Shown: piece after piece, positions 8,337 to 19,186 of the stretch
Numbering within the stretch: position 1 is the stretch's first letter
How the letters are laid out: each line of letters starts with the position of its first letter
Assembly (NCBI GenBank): GCA_963833225.1
Contig: CAWHXD010000006.1
Location: forward strand, 1 to 64,000
DNA from: an uncultured Chloroflexia bacterium
GTDB taxonomy: Bacteria > Chloroflexota > Limnocylindria > Limnocylindrales > CSP1-4
DNA: 64,000 nucleotides
Reading direction: 5' to 3'
Program-made: the position numbers and the translations under genes
Notes under the pieces: model-generated
Databases searched by the model: none
Told to the model about the DNA's origin: nothing
The model's input: the letters and a program-made list of their open reading frames with translations, nothing else

Positions 8337-11187
8337 ATGACCCCGCCGCAGCCCGCCGCAGCCCGCCGCCAGCGACCCCGCAGGTCGTCGCGGCCGGCTC
8401 CCGCGCCGAGACAGATCGGGAGTCCCGAGGCGGCGTTCGACGAGCTCACCCTGGACGCCGTCGAGACGGTCGCCCAGATCGGTTCGTACTCGCTCGACGT
8501 CCTCGCCGGACGCTGGACAAGCTCACGCGGCCTCGACCGGATCTTCGGGATCGACGAGGCCTTCGACCGAACCGTGGACACCTGGGCTTCGCTCGTGCAT
8601 CCGGCGGATCGGGAGTCGATGATGGCGTATCTCGCGACCGAGGTGCTCGGGCAGGGCAAGCCGTTCGACCGCAGGTACCGGGTGGTCCGCCACGACACCG
8701 GGGAGGCCCGCTGGGTCCACGGGCGTGGAGCCCTGACCTTCGGTCATGCCGGCCGGCCGGTGCGGATGATGGGCACGATCGCCGACGTGACCGACCGGCA
8801 CGAGCTGGTGGCGGAAAATCGGAAGCTCGCCCAGGCAGTGCGCCCAGACGACCGAGGCGGTCCTCGTCACGAGCCCAACGGGCGAGTTCGAGTTTGCGAA
8901 CCCCTCCTTCGATCATCTCGGGGTCGTCGCGAGCGGCGAGTCCCTCCAGGACGCGCTCAGTCGCCTCACGGCTGACCTGTCGCCCAAGGTGCTCGAGGAT
9001 CTGGGGCGGGCGTTGTCCCGCGGGCGCCCGTGGACGGGCGTGCTCACGTACCGTGATCGCTGACAGCGCGGACCGGGTCACGGATCTCTCGATCTCGCCG
9101 ATCGTCGATGATGACGGCGTCCCGATGGGCAACGTCACGGTCGCCCGGGACATCACGCACCAGGTCGATGCCCGTCACGCGCTCGAGGCCTCGGAGGCGC
9201 GTCTGCGGAGCGGGCTGGACGCGATGCTCGAAGGCGTCAGCGTCGAGACGGCGATCCGGGACGACACGGGCCGCATCGTGGACTTCCAGATCGACTACTC
9301 GAACGCGAGCATCGGCCGCCTGTCCCGGGTCCCGGCCAGGGATCAGATGGGTCGGAGGCTCCTGGAGCTGTTCCCCGCCCACCTCGAGAACGGCCTGTTC
9401 GACGAGTACGTGGCCGTCGTCGAGACCGGGATCCCATTCGAATCGGGCGCGTTCCACTACCTGGACCCGCACGCTGCAGGCGGGCCGCTGGACCAGGTCC
9501 TTGAGCACCGGGCCTCGAAGATGGGCGACGGCTACGTGCTGTCCGTCCGTGACATCACCGAGCACCACCGCGCTGAACGCGAGATGCGCCACCTGGCGAC
9601 CGCCATCGAGCAGTCTTCCGACGCGGTGGTCATCACCGACGCGACCGGCAGCCATCGAATACGTCAATCCGGCGTTCGAGCGGGTCAGCGGGTACTCCCG
9701 CGATGAGGTTCTTGGCCAGAACCCCCGGATCCTCAAGAGCGGCGTCCAAAGCCCGGCGTTCTATGCCGCCATGTGGGCGACGCTTGCGCGCGGAAGATCG
9801 TTCGTCGCTGACCTGACGAACCGCCGCAAGGACGGCAGCCTGTTCGAGGAAGAGGCCGTCATCTCGCCGGTCCGTGATGGGTCGGGCACGATCACCAGCT
9901 ACGTCGCGGTCAAACGAGACGTGACCAGTGAGCGTTCGATGGAAGCGCGCCAGGCGCGGATGGCGCGCGAGCGCACGCTGATCGCCGGCATGATCGCGGA
10001 CCTGACGGTCCTGCCGACGCCCGCCGCAACGGCCGAGGCGATCTGCCGGGCGATCGTGACCGCGACCGGACTCGGAAGTGCCAGCCTCTCCTACTTCAGT
10101 GCGGAGGGGCACTCGCTGCCGCTGGCGTTCGTGCGAGCTGATGGCAGCCCAGTCAACCCGCGCCGCCTCCCGGCCAGGCGAAGCCGCACGCTGCGAGAGC
10201 GGGCGGTGGAAGGACCCTGGGTCGAGGCCTGGGCCCACCGGCCATCCCACCCCTACGCCCGGGTGCACGCAGAGCTCGGGACCGTGGCCCTGGCCTACAG
10301 TCCAATTCGCCACGCGGGCAGGCTCATCGGGCACCTGACGGTCACGTCCGCCGAGGTTGATGCCGTCGCCCGGCTGACCGAGGTCCTGCCCGGGCTCCTG
10401 GAGTTCGCCGGAGCCGGTGGTGCCCTCGTGGGATCGGGCATCGAAATCGCTGCTCGAGGTGAGCCTGGTCCGCTCGCGCATCAGCGAGGTGCTGCGGGAG
10501 GCGGCCTTCCACCCCGTCTTCCAGCCGGTGGTCGACCTCGTCACCGGAGAGCGCGTCGGGTACGAGGCCCTCACCCGGTTCACGGATGGCACTGCCCCTG
10601 ATATCACCTTCGCGGACGCCCGGTCCGCAGGACTTGAGGCGGAGCTCGAGCTGGCGACCTTGGGCGCCGCGATCGAGGCTGCCCGGACGCTGCCGCGTGA
10701 CGCCTGGCTCAGCCTCAACGTCTCGCCCGCGCTGCTTGCCGGGAGCCGGCGGCTGGCCCGCTCGCTGGGGGAGGCGGATCGACCGGTCGTGCTCGAGGTG
10801 ACCGAGCATGTGGCGGTCGAGGACTACGCGACCCTCCGCGCCGCGGTCAAGCGACTCCGGCCGCCGGTGCGGGTGGCGGTCGATGACGCCGGCTCCGGCG
10901 TGGCCAACTTCGGCCACATCGTGGAGCTGCGGCCGGCGTTCGTGAAGCTGGACATCGGGCTCGTGCGAGGGATCGACGCGGACCTGACCCGCCAGGCGCT
11001 GATCGTCGGGCTTCTCCATTTCGCGAGCGAGTCGGCGAGCCAGACGATCGCCGAGGGTGTGGAGACCGAAGCGGAGCTGGCAACGCTGCGGCGGCTCGGC
11101 GTGCCGTTCGCCCAGGGCTATCTGCTCGCCCGGCCGGCACCGGCGGAGACGTGGGGGACGACGGCGCGCCGGCTACCTCGCGAGTGA
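8337..11187 (+). CDS. multi-PAS/GAF EAL c-di-GMP phosphodiesterase (several frameshifts)
   Basis: PAS segments in ORFs 8193-8975, 8312-9706 and 9108-10601; EAL domain FQPVVDL..GYEALTRF, SLNVS, LEVTE, AVDDAGSG, KLD, AEGVET, QGYLL. Confidence 0.85.
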
Positions 11188-12219
11188 CACCCGGGCGAAG
11201 TTGCTGTGCGCCAGCCGCGTGCCGTCGGCGGCAAACGCGACGACCTGCAGCCGCACCCTGACGACGTCGGTGCCAACCCGGAAGGCCAGCGGTGAATCCG
11301 GCGGGCGCGTGAACTCGCCGATGACCTTCCGGGCGGATGGTGCGGACCCGCCTCGTCACCTGCCCGCCACACCCACGCGACAAGCCGATAGCGGAGCGCG
11401 CCCGGCGTCCCGGTCCAGGTGACCTTGACCTCGGAAGGGCCTGCCACGCGCGCCACCAGCTTGATGGTGGCGACGTCGGCCGGCGTCGGCGTGGGAGTCT
11501 CGGGCCGCGGCGTCGCGGTCGACGGGGATCCGGTTCGGGTCGCCGCCGGGGTCGCCGACGGGATCGCCGTCGCGGTCGGCGTGCGGTCAGGCGTCGCGGT
11601 GGGCGGGCCCTTCGGCGGTTCCCCGGACCTCGTGGTGGGGTGCGGGTGACGGCGTTGGCGACCTCACCGCGGTGGTCGGGGTCGGTGCCCGGGACGCGGG
11701 CGGAGTCGATGCACCGGGCGGCACGGTGGGGGGCGTCGAGCCGCCGGGCCGGGACGCCTCCGAGCCGGGCTGGACCTGCAGGCGTCCGGCATCGATGGTG
11801 GCCACGTCACCCCCGCGGAGCACCACGTCTCCAATCCTCGCGGAACCGCCGGCGCCAACCCGGACCACGGAGCCGTCGGGGAGCAGCAGTCCATCCGGGT
11901 TCACGAGCGTGGTGCCGTCGGCCAGCGCGACCTCCACGTTGACCGCCCCGGTGAGCTCAAGGTCGGGTGACGTCCCGAGCCCGACCACGCCGATGAGGAA
12001 CACGATCCCGAGCATGGCCGCGGCCGTGGTCAGCCCGGCAGCGAGCCTGAACGCCGTCCACCGCCGCATGCGGGCCGGCGGGGCGGGAGGAGTCACCGGT
12101 GCCGTCGTCCGCGCGACCGCCAGCAACCGCGCCTCGAGCGCGGCCTGGAACTCGGGTCGAGGTTCGGGAACGGGTCGCCTCCCGGCCGCCTCGAGCTCGC
12201 GGCGCAGATCGTCGTTCAT
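11173..12219 (-). CDS. putative membrane-anchored anti-sigma factor with Pro/Thr linker (frameshifts)
   Basis: ATGA coupling to the sigma gene; PRPEFQAALEARL cytoplasmic helix, one TM, beta-rich domain, PT-rich linker, C-terminal beta domain ending at TAG 11173. Confidence 0.6.
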
Positions 12220-12785
12220 CTCGGCACCGTCATGGTCATGGAACGCCTCAGGGCCCGGGTCGCCCGGTGGACCACGACCGCCATCGTCGCCTTGGACGTG
12301 CCCATGGCGGCGGCGGCCTCGTCGGGGGTCAGGTCGGACAGAAAGCGCAGCGACAACGCGCGCTGGTAGCGGGGGCTGAGGCCATTCATGGCTTCGAGGA
12401 CCTCGGCGGCGGCGTCCCGGTCACCGACCTCCTCGGCCGGATCGCGCGGCCCGTCCGCGTGGAGGGCGTGGGCCGCCCCCAGGGCCCGGTCCGAAGCGGC
12501 GCGCGAGGTGCGCCGGTAGTGGTCGACGAGCTCGTTGGCGACGATCCGGAACAGCCACGGCCCAAACCCGCCGCTCCGCCATGAGAACGTGCCGAGGTTC
12601 CGCAGGGCGCGCTCGAAGGCAGCCGAGGTGATGTCCTCGGCCACCTCCGGGACGCTGGTGCGCCGGTAGGCGAACGCGTACACCCTGGGGAAGTAGCGGA
12701 GGTAGAGCTCGGCAAAGGCATCCGGCTCGACCCTGGCCATTTCGACCAGCGCGCGTTCGTCCAGCCCACCGTGATCGGGGTCCAC
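12216..12785 (-). CDS. ECF RNA polymerase sigma factor
   Basis: AFAELY..Y..RVYAFAYRR, AEDITSAAF, WLFRIVANELVDHYRR, region 4 LSPRYQRALSLRF. Confidence 0.92.
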   Translation of the reverse strand: MDPDHGGLDERALVEMARVEPDAFAELYLRYFPRVYAFAYRRTSVPEVAEDITSAAFERALRNLGTFSWRSGGFGPWLFRIVANELVDHYRRTSRAASDRALGAAHALHADGPRDPAEEVGDRDAAAEVLEAMNGLSPRYQRALSLRFLSDLTPDEAAAAMGTSKATMAVVVHRATRALRRSMTMTVPR

Positions 12786-12803
12786 CCGGACAGTCTGACG
12801 GCC

Positions 12804-13619
12804 TCAGCGGGCGTCCGAACGCACCGGTGCGGCGGGTTGCGGGTCGTTGGCCGGGATCTCGACGACCACCGGTCCACCCTTGCCGACCGTGTGGCCGGCC
12901 CTGGTCCTGACGGTCACCGCGTAGCGGATCGACTGGCCCGGCTTGACGTCGGTGTCGACGAAGCTTCGCCGGCCATCGAGACCGGTCCGGTAGATCTTCT
13001 CGCGGGCGCCGCCGTCAACGGAGCGCCACAGCACGTAGCGCGCGGCCCGTGGGTGGCTGGTCTTGGACCACTTGCACTCGACGCTCGCCTGGTCGCCGAC
13101 GCCATCCAGCGCGCAGGCCAGGCGCAACACCTCGTCGGGCACCGGGACCCGGACCGTGACCCGGTTGCTGACGGCGATCTTGCGGCCGTTGGCGGCCCGC
13201 GCGACGACCTTGTACGTGTAGGTGTGGCGGGTGGCAACGCGGGTGTCCGTGTAGTCGAGCGGCTCACCGGCCCGGATCCTCGCCATCAGGCGGCGTGCCC
13301 CGCCATCCGCGGCGTCCCGGATCCGCCACAGCTGGTAGACGCGGACCCGCGGGGAGTCGACCACCGACCAGTGGCACCCGATGACCGCGGCGGCGGGCAC
13401 GATGGCGCCGGCGTCCGTCGTCGGGACGGCGTCAGGCTGGACCAGGGCGCAGCGAAGGCGGATCCGGCTCGCGAGCTGATCGACCGGGTCGACGTCAACG
13501 ACCGCGGATTGGCCGGCCAGCCCATTCGGGCTGCCCACTGACGCGAGTGCGGTCGCGGGCAGCATCGAGCCCAGGAGCACGATGGCGCCGATGATCGGGG
13601 CGAGGGATGCTCGTCGCAT
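12804..13619 (-). CDS. secreted protein with two tandem Fn3/Ig-like repeats
   Basis: Signal peptide MRRASLAPIIGAIVLLGSMLPATALA; duplicated LRLxCAL...C.WS...Y.LWR..DGGAR...DT.V.....Y.V motif. Confidence 0.75.
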   Translation of the reverse strand: MRRASLAPIIGAIVLLGSMLPATALASVGSPNGLAGQSAVVDVDPVDQLASRIRLRCALVQPDAVPTTDAGAIVPAAAVIGCHWSVVDSPRVRVYQLWRIRDAADGGARRLMARIRAGEPLDYTDTRVATRHTYTYKVVARAANGRKIAVSNRVTVRVPVPDEVLRLACALDGVGDQASVECKWSKTSHPRAARYVLWRSVDGGAREKIYRTGLDGRRSFVDTDVKPGQSIRYAVTVRTRAGHTVGKGGPVVVEIPANDPQPAAPVRSDAR

Positions 13620-13666
13620 GTTGGGGTTCCCTTCCAGCAGGTGCAGAGGTGGGTCGTCCAACACAG

Positions 13667-13694
13667 ACAACGACGAGGGCGGTCGGCGATTACA
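13667..13694 (-). promoter_or_regulatory. candidate ECF-sigma promoter
   Basis: Minus strand TGTAAT-N16-CGTTGT about 50 nt upstream of the first gene of the sigma operon. Confidence 0.5.
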
Positions 13695-13714
13695 CCGCGT
13701 GCGGGGCCCGGGCG

Positions 13715-15270
13715 CTACACGGCCCGGCGGCGTCGCTCGTGGACCGCGTCGTGGAGCTCGGCAGTGGTGCGGGTCTCGCGCCGTCCTCGCCGCGGGCTCA
13801 CGGGGTGTGCCGCCGCGGCGCGGCGCTCGTCGTGCGCGTGGTCATGCGGGTGATCATGCGCGTGGTCGTGGACATCGGGCTCCCACGGGACCCCGGATGC
13901 AAACACCTCCACGAACATCTCGACCAGCTCCGGATCGAACTGGATACCGGCCTGGCGGCGCAGCTCCGCAAGCGCCTCCTCGTGGGAGATCCGCTCGCGG
14001 TAGGGTCGCCCCGCGATCATGGCCTCGTAGGCATCCACGATCGAGACGATCCGCGCCCCCACGGGGATCTCGGCACCCGCCAGGCCGTGCGGGTAACCGC
14101 GCCCGTCGAACCACTCGTGGTGGTGGAGCACGATCGTCGCCGCGTCGCGCAGGGCACCGGCCTGCTCAAGCACCACCTGGCCGATCTTGGGATGCTCGGT
14201 GACAACGCGCCACTCCGATGCCGCGAGGTCGCCGGGCTTGGCCAGGATCTCGTCGGGGATGGCGAGCTTGCCAAGGTCGTGGAGCAGGCTCGCCGTCCGG
14301 ATGCGCTCAAGCTCGCCCCGCGGCAGGTCGATGGCCCGCGCCAGGGCGACGGACGCCTCCGCGATGAGGGTGGAGGGCTTGCCCGCCCAGGACGCGCGCT
14401 CGGTGAGCGTCCCGAGCAGCGTCTCCTGGGCCGCCATCATCGCGGCGCGACCCACGTCGAGGGCGCGACTCCGGGCCTCGGCCGCGATCGGCGCGCGTCG
14501 GACCGTGCCCTCATCGCCGGTCTCGCGGAACACGTACACCTGGTCCCGGCCAAGCGCCTTGGCCGAGTAGAGCGCCGCGTCGGCATCACGGACCAGCACG
14601 TCCGGCCGGAGGACATGTCCCAAGGCCGCCGGCCACCCCCGCGGACAGCGTCACGGACACCATCTCGCCGTCCGCCAGCTCCACCGACGTGCGGGACATC
14701 ATCTGGCGCAGCTTCTCGGCCACGGCGGCGGCGGCATCGACGTCGGTCTCGGGGAGGACGATCAGGAACTCCTCGCCCCCATAGCGGCCCGCCATGTCCG
14801 TGGCACGAACGTTGGCGGCCAGCAGCCCGCCCACGTGCCGCAGCACGAGGTCGCCGGCGGCGTGACCATGCGAGTCGTTGAGTCGCTTGAAGTGGTCGAG
14901 GTCCACGAGGATCACGCACAGCGGGTGCCGGTAGCGGGCGGCCCGGGCGAGCTCCTCGTCCACGCAGCCCAGGATCGCCTGGCGGTTCGCGATGCCGGTC
15001 AGCGGGTCGACGGTCGCCAGCCGCCAGGTGTCGGCGACCCGGTCGGCAAGCGCACGGAAGGCCGCGCGCAGCCGGGGGTCGCGGATCCGGGCCGCGTCGA
15101 CGGCCACCAGGGCCGCCTCGTCCTGGGCCTTCGTCAGGTCGTTCGGCGAGTGCGCTCACCCGACGGTTCTGGCGGCTGACGCTGAGGGCGGCGAACCCCG
15201 CCGAGCCCGCCAGCGCGCCGGCCAGGGCGATCAGCGTGCCGAGGGCGAGGGCGGAGGTCAGGGGATCCAA
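13715..15270 (-). CDS. GGDEF + HD-GYP tandem protein (frameshifts near 15140 and 14620)
   Basis: N-terminal TM; DPLTGIANR, DLDHFKRLNDSHGHAAGD, RYGGEEF; then LLHDLGK and HHEWFDGRGYPHGLAG; His-rich tail. Confidence 0.88.
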
Positions 15271-15476
15271 GCTGGTACTCGAGCGCAGATGGGCGCCACG
15301 AACGCGGCCATCGTGGAGCGCACCGTCAGGCTAGGGGTCCGCGCGCCGCCGGCCATGGTGCGAAGGTCCCGGTGGCCGCGCACTGACGGGCCGGTTCCCG
15401 TGCGCACCGCGCGGGCAGCGCTCGAGTCATGGCCCGAAAGTCCTGCCCCAGGCTCATCCGCGACCGCCGCCTCGGG

Positions 15477-16264
15477 TCACTCGCCCGCCAGGGCCCTGCG
15501 CCCGGGCCAGCTCCCGCCCGTCGTGATCGGCGAGCCGCCAGGCCCATCCGGGCGCGCCCTCGACCGGGTCCTGCCAGGTGACACCCAGGAGCCTCGCGCC
15601 GGGTGCCGCCGGGGCCAGGTACTCGAGCCGGAGCCGGCGAGGGGTGCCGGCGATGGCGGGGCGGCCCCGGGTCCTGCCGCCGCCAGCGCCTCCTCGAGAT
15701 AGTCGACGTAGGCGGCGTTGTTGACGTGGCCCATCGGGTCAAGGTCCTGCGGCCGGACGGCGGAGCGGTGATGGACCGCGTCCGCCGGGGCGGGCGGCAA
15801 GGGCACCTTGCCGGGCTCGAAGCTCCCGGGCGGGACCTCGAACGCCGCGGGGAACGCCTGGGGGACTCGGCCGGGCAGGCCGCGTCGCGTGTCGGTCATC
15901 ACCCAGTCGGTGTGGCCCCAGAGCACCAGCCGTCCCATCGCCGATCCGCCCTTCCGTCCGCCGTCGGGCCCATACCTTGCGAAACCCCGATGACGGCGGT
16001 GGTCAGGGCGATGGTCTGCGCCCAGGCGGAGCGGCTCGAGGATCGCGAGCTCCACGGCTCGGACGACCCACGCGAGGTCCCGCGTCGCGTACCAGTCACG
16101 GTCGAACCCCATCCGCTCCGAGTGGACCCAGGCAATGTCCTGGGCGTAGCGCAGCAGCGCCGACGTGCGGAGCCAGCCCGTCCGGGCCGCACTCGTCGAA
16201 CCGGATCCGGTAGGGAACGGTGACGCCCCGGACGATCGCGGGGTCCGGACGGGGCAGCGCTCAC
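15477..16264 (-). CDS. acyl-ACP thioesterase-like double hotdog protein (frameshifts)
   Basis: LLRYAQDIAWVHS...WVVR and VRPQDLDPMGHVNNAAYVDYLEE motifs. Confidence 0.8.
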
Positions 16265-16949
16265 GCCGGCTTCCGTCCGGCAAGCCGATCCAGCCCATCG
16301 AGCGCGATGAGCTTGAGGCCCTCGAGGGCGACCGGACCGCGCTCCCGGACGAGCCGGACCTCGCACGAGCGCCGCGCGTCGAAGATGACCAGGCCGACCA
16401 GGAGCCGGGCGCCCTCATCGGCGGCCCCCCGCCGCGCGTCGTCCGAGCTGGTGGAGCACATCGGACTTGATGCCACGGGCACCCCACTTGCAGTCCCAGG
16501 CCTCGCCGGCCCCGTCGCGCTCGACGGTCACGTCGTAGGGATGGATCTCGGCAGGGCGGCCGTCGAACAGGATCCGTCGCTCCCTGCGGACGCGGCGCCG
16601 TGCGCTCGACGAGCAGGCGCTCCGCCAGCGCCTCGACGATCGCGCCCCGGAACTGGCTGCGTGTCTGGTCGCCGCGGTCCGCGACCGACAGGGAGACCGC
16701 GAGGATCCCCTCGGAGCGGTCCCTCACCGGGTCGCCCGGCGACGGCGCCGCCGGACCGAACAGCGTCGGGAACATCGTGCGCCAGGTCGCCGGGTCGAGC
16801 GACTCGCCATTCATGACCGCCCGCGCCAGCAGCCGCTGGACCGTCGTCGCGGCGGCGAGGAGCTCGGCCGCCCGGACGACCAGTGGATCCGCCTGGATAT
16901 GCGCATACACGACCGCCCGGCCATCCGGGCGCGCGTCCATGAACCGCAT
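16261..16949 (-). CDS. hypothetical protein with PD-(D/E)xK nuclease-like motifs (two frameshifts)
   Basis: Stitched translation: FRGAIVEALAERLL...RRERRILFDGRPAEIHPYDVTVERDGAGEAWDCKWGARGIKSDVLHQL..ARLLVGLVIFD. Confidence 0.6.
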
Positions 16950-17249
16950 CAGGCCGGCTCCTCGAGGGCCGCGAGGGCGACCTGCGGGAGGGTGGACAGC
17001 CAGTCGATGGCCCGGTGAACGTCAGTGATGCGGCCCGCTTCCTCGACGAGCGCCGCGATCGCGGCCTCCGAGCGCCACGGGGGCCGGCTCCGCGCCGCGC
17101 GACGTCGAGACCGCCAGCAGGCGAGCCCGCCAGACCGTGTCCAGGTCAGCGAGGTACTGCCACTCGTCGGTGACCGGCTCGGCGATCGTGGCGAGCGCGT
17201 CGAAGCCGGCGAGGGCGTGGGCGATGCACTCGGAGACACTGGCGACCAT
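16949..17249 (-). CDS. small hypothetical protein (frameshift near 17070)
   Basis: MVASVSECIAHALAGFD...DEWQYLADL joins AAIAALVEEAGRITDVHRAIDWLSTLPQV; TGATG coupling to the next gene. Confidence 0.55.
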
Positions 17250-17286
17250 CAGCCTGAGCGTACGCCGGTCGCCGCCACCGCGGGGA

Positions 17287-17548
17287 TCAGGCGGGCTCGG
17301 AGCTCCCGGCAAGGGCGGACGACGGTCGCGGCTGGCGGGCTGGTGCCGAGGGCGCGGCGACCGTCGACGACAAGGCGTGCCAGGGCACGCCGGCCCTTGT
17401 CGTCCCAGCGCGTGGAGTAGGCCTTCACCGCCTTCCGGCGGATCTCCCAGGCCACGGATCGCTCGCCGACGCGCTCCAGTCGAGCCACGACGTCGAGGAC
17501 TTCGCGGTACAGGTGCGGCATGTCTGCGATCGAGAGGGACTCGTCCAC
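17287..17548 (-). CDS. small helical hypothetical protein
   Basis: [30 protein letters not shown]...[13 protein letters not shown]; coding-like codon usage; 3' end ambiguous. Confidence 0.5.
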
Positions 17549-17702
17549 GAGCGGACACGATGGGGCTCCCGTGTCGATAGCGGAATGGGAACGAGGTCCG
17601 GTCAGCGGCCGGCCATCCGTCCCGGGTGGTGCGGTCGCGCAACGGGGTCCATGCCGCCCGGAGGCCGGCGACGCCCGGGCGAGGCTGTCCGTGAGCCGGT
17701 GA

Positions 17703-18015
17703 TCAGTCGCCCCGGTGGTGCCCGCTCTCGATCCGGAAGCCCGGCCCGATCCCGCGCGCAGGCTCCAGCCGGGCCAGCACCTCGTCGACCCATCCGGCAG
17801 GTGGCCCGTCGCGGAGACGCTCGACCATGGCGTCGAGGTCGCGGCGCGGGCCCTCGGCAACGACCCGGACGCTGCCGTCGGCGAGGTTCGCCACGAAGCC
17901 GTCAAGCCCCAGCTCCATCGCCTCGCGCAGCGCGAACACCCGGTAGCCGACACCCTGCACGCGGCCGCGCACCGTGGCGTCGAGAGCGCTCCCGCCCCAC
18001 CGGCGGCTCGCTCAC
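17703..18015 (-). CDS. acyP: acylphosphatase
   Basis: [35 protein letters not shown]; N-terminus frameshifted. Confidence 0.9.
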
Positions 18016-19152
18016 CTGGTGGCGCACCAGGTGCGGCCAGCGCACGAGCAGCACGTCGAGGACGAGCTCCGGCGTGGCGTTGACATCGAGCAGCTCGCCG
18101 GCTCGAATGATGCGCGCCAGCGTGTCCGCGGCCGACGCCGCCGGCAGGCGGCGCGCGGCTGCCTCGACCTCCTCGAGCAGCGCAACGTCTCGGATCGAAC
18201 CGATCGCGCCCTGCTGGGCGCAGGCGAGGTCACGGGCAAGATCGCGCCACAGGTCGAGGAGCAGCGCCAGCGCGCGACGGCGCTCCGCCGCGCTCGCCTT
18301 CCCCGGCCCGGGCTCGGGCTCGGCGCCCACGGCTGGCAGCTGCGGCGGCCGGCCCGCCGTCCGCGCCCTGCCAGCGCCGCCGCGAGCGTCATCGCGCGCC
18401 CGAGCAGCTCCCTGGCCAGCGGTGAGACGCTCGGCGCGCGACCGGTCGAGGAGATCCAGGAGCGAGCGCACCAGCTCGGCGCGGATGGCCTCGGCCTCGG
18501 GTGCCGTCGCGTACGCGATCGCGACCCCGGGGCGGCCGGCCGCAAGGCGTGCCAGTCGGGCAGCCGTCGGTGGATCAGCGAGCTCCCGCAGGTCCAGCAG
18601 CCGTTCCACGTCCCGGGTCGCCAGCGTCCCAAGCCGGATCCGGGCGCAGCGCGACCGGATGGTCGGCAGCAGCAGCTCCTCGTCATCGACGCACAGCACG
18701 AGCGTCGTCGCCGGCGGCGGCTCCTCGAGCGTCTTGAGCAGTGCCGACTGCGCAACGTCGTTCATGCGCCCGGCGTCGCGGATGATCGCGACGCGCTGGC
18801 CGCCCTCAACCGGGAGCAGCGCCAAATCGATCGCCAGGCCACGGATCGTGCCCGGCTCGGCATGCTGGTCCTCGCCGATCCGGATCTGGTTCCCGGCGCC
18901 CGTCGGCGCGAGCCGGTGGAGGTCCGGATGGTTGCCGTGCTCGACCATGCGGCAGCCGCGGCAGGTCCGGCATGGACGACCGGCGTCGGGCGCGCCAGTG
19001 CACAGGAGTGCCGCGGCGAGGTCGAGTGCCAGCGTGTGCTTGCCAACCGATGGCGGCCCGACGAGCAGCAGGGCGTGCGGCACGTGGGAACCGAGCATCG
19101 CGTGGACGGCCGCCACCGCGGCCGGCTGGCCGATGGTGTGGAAGCCGTCCAC
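18012..19152 (-). CDS. holB: DNA polymerase III delta-prime subunit
   Basis: [16 protein letters not shown] zinc motif then [29 protein letters not shown]; local frameshifts. Confidence 0.88.
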
Positions 19153-19186
19153 TTGACGCGTGATGCGGTGACGAGACAGCGGGGGC

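Noticed and set aside
11480-11700. Repetitive DNA
   Set aside because: Explained by a Pro/Thr-rich protein linker on the minus strand.
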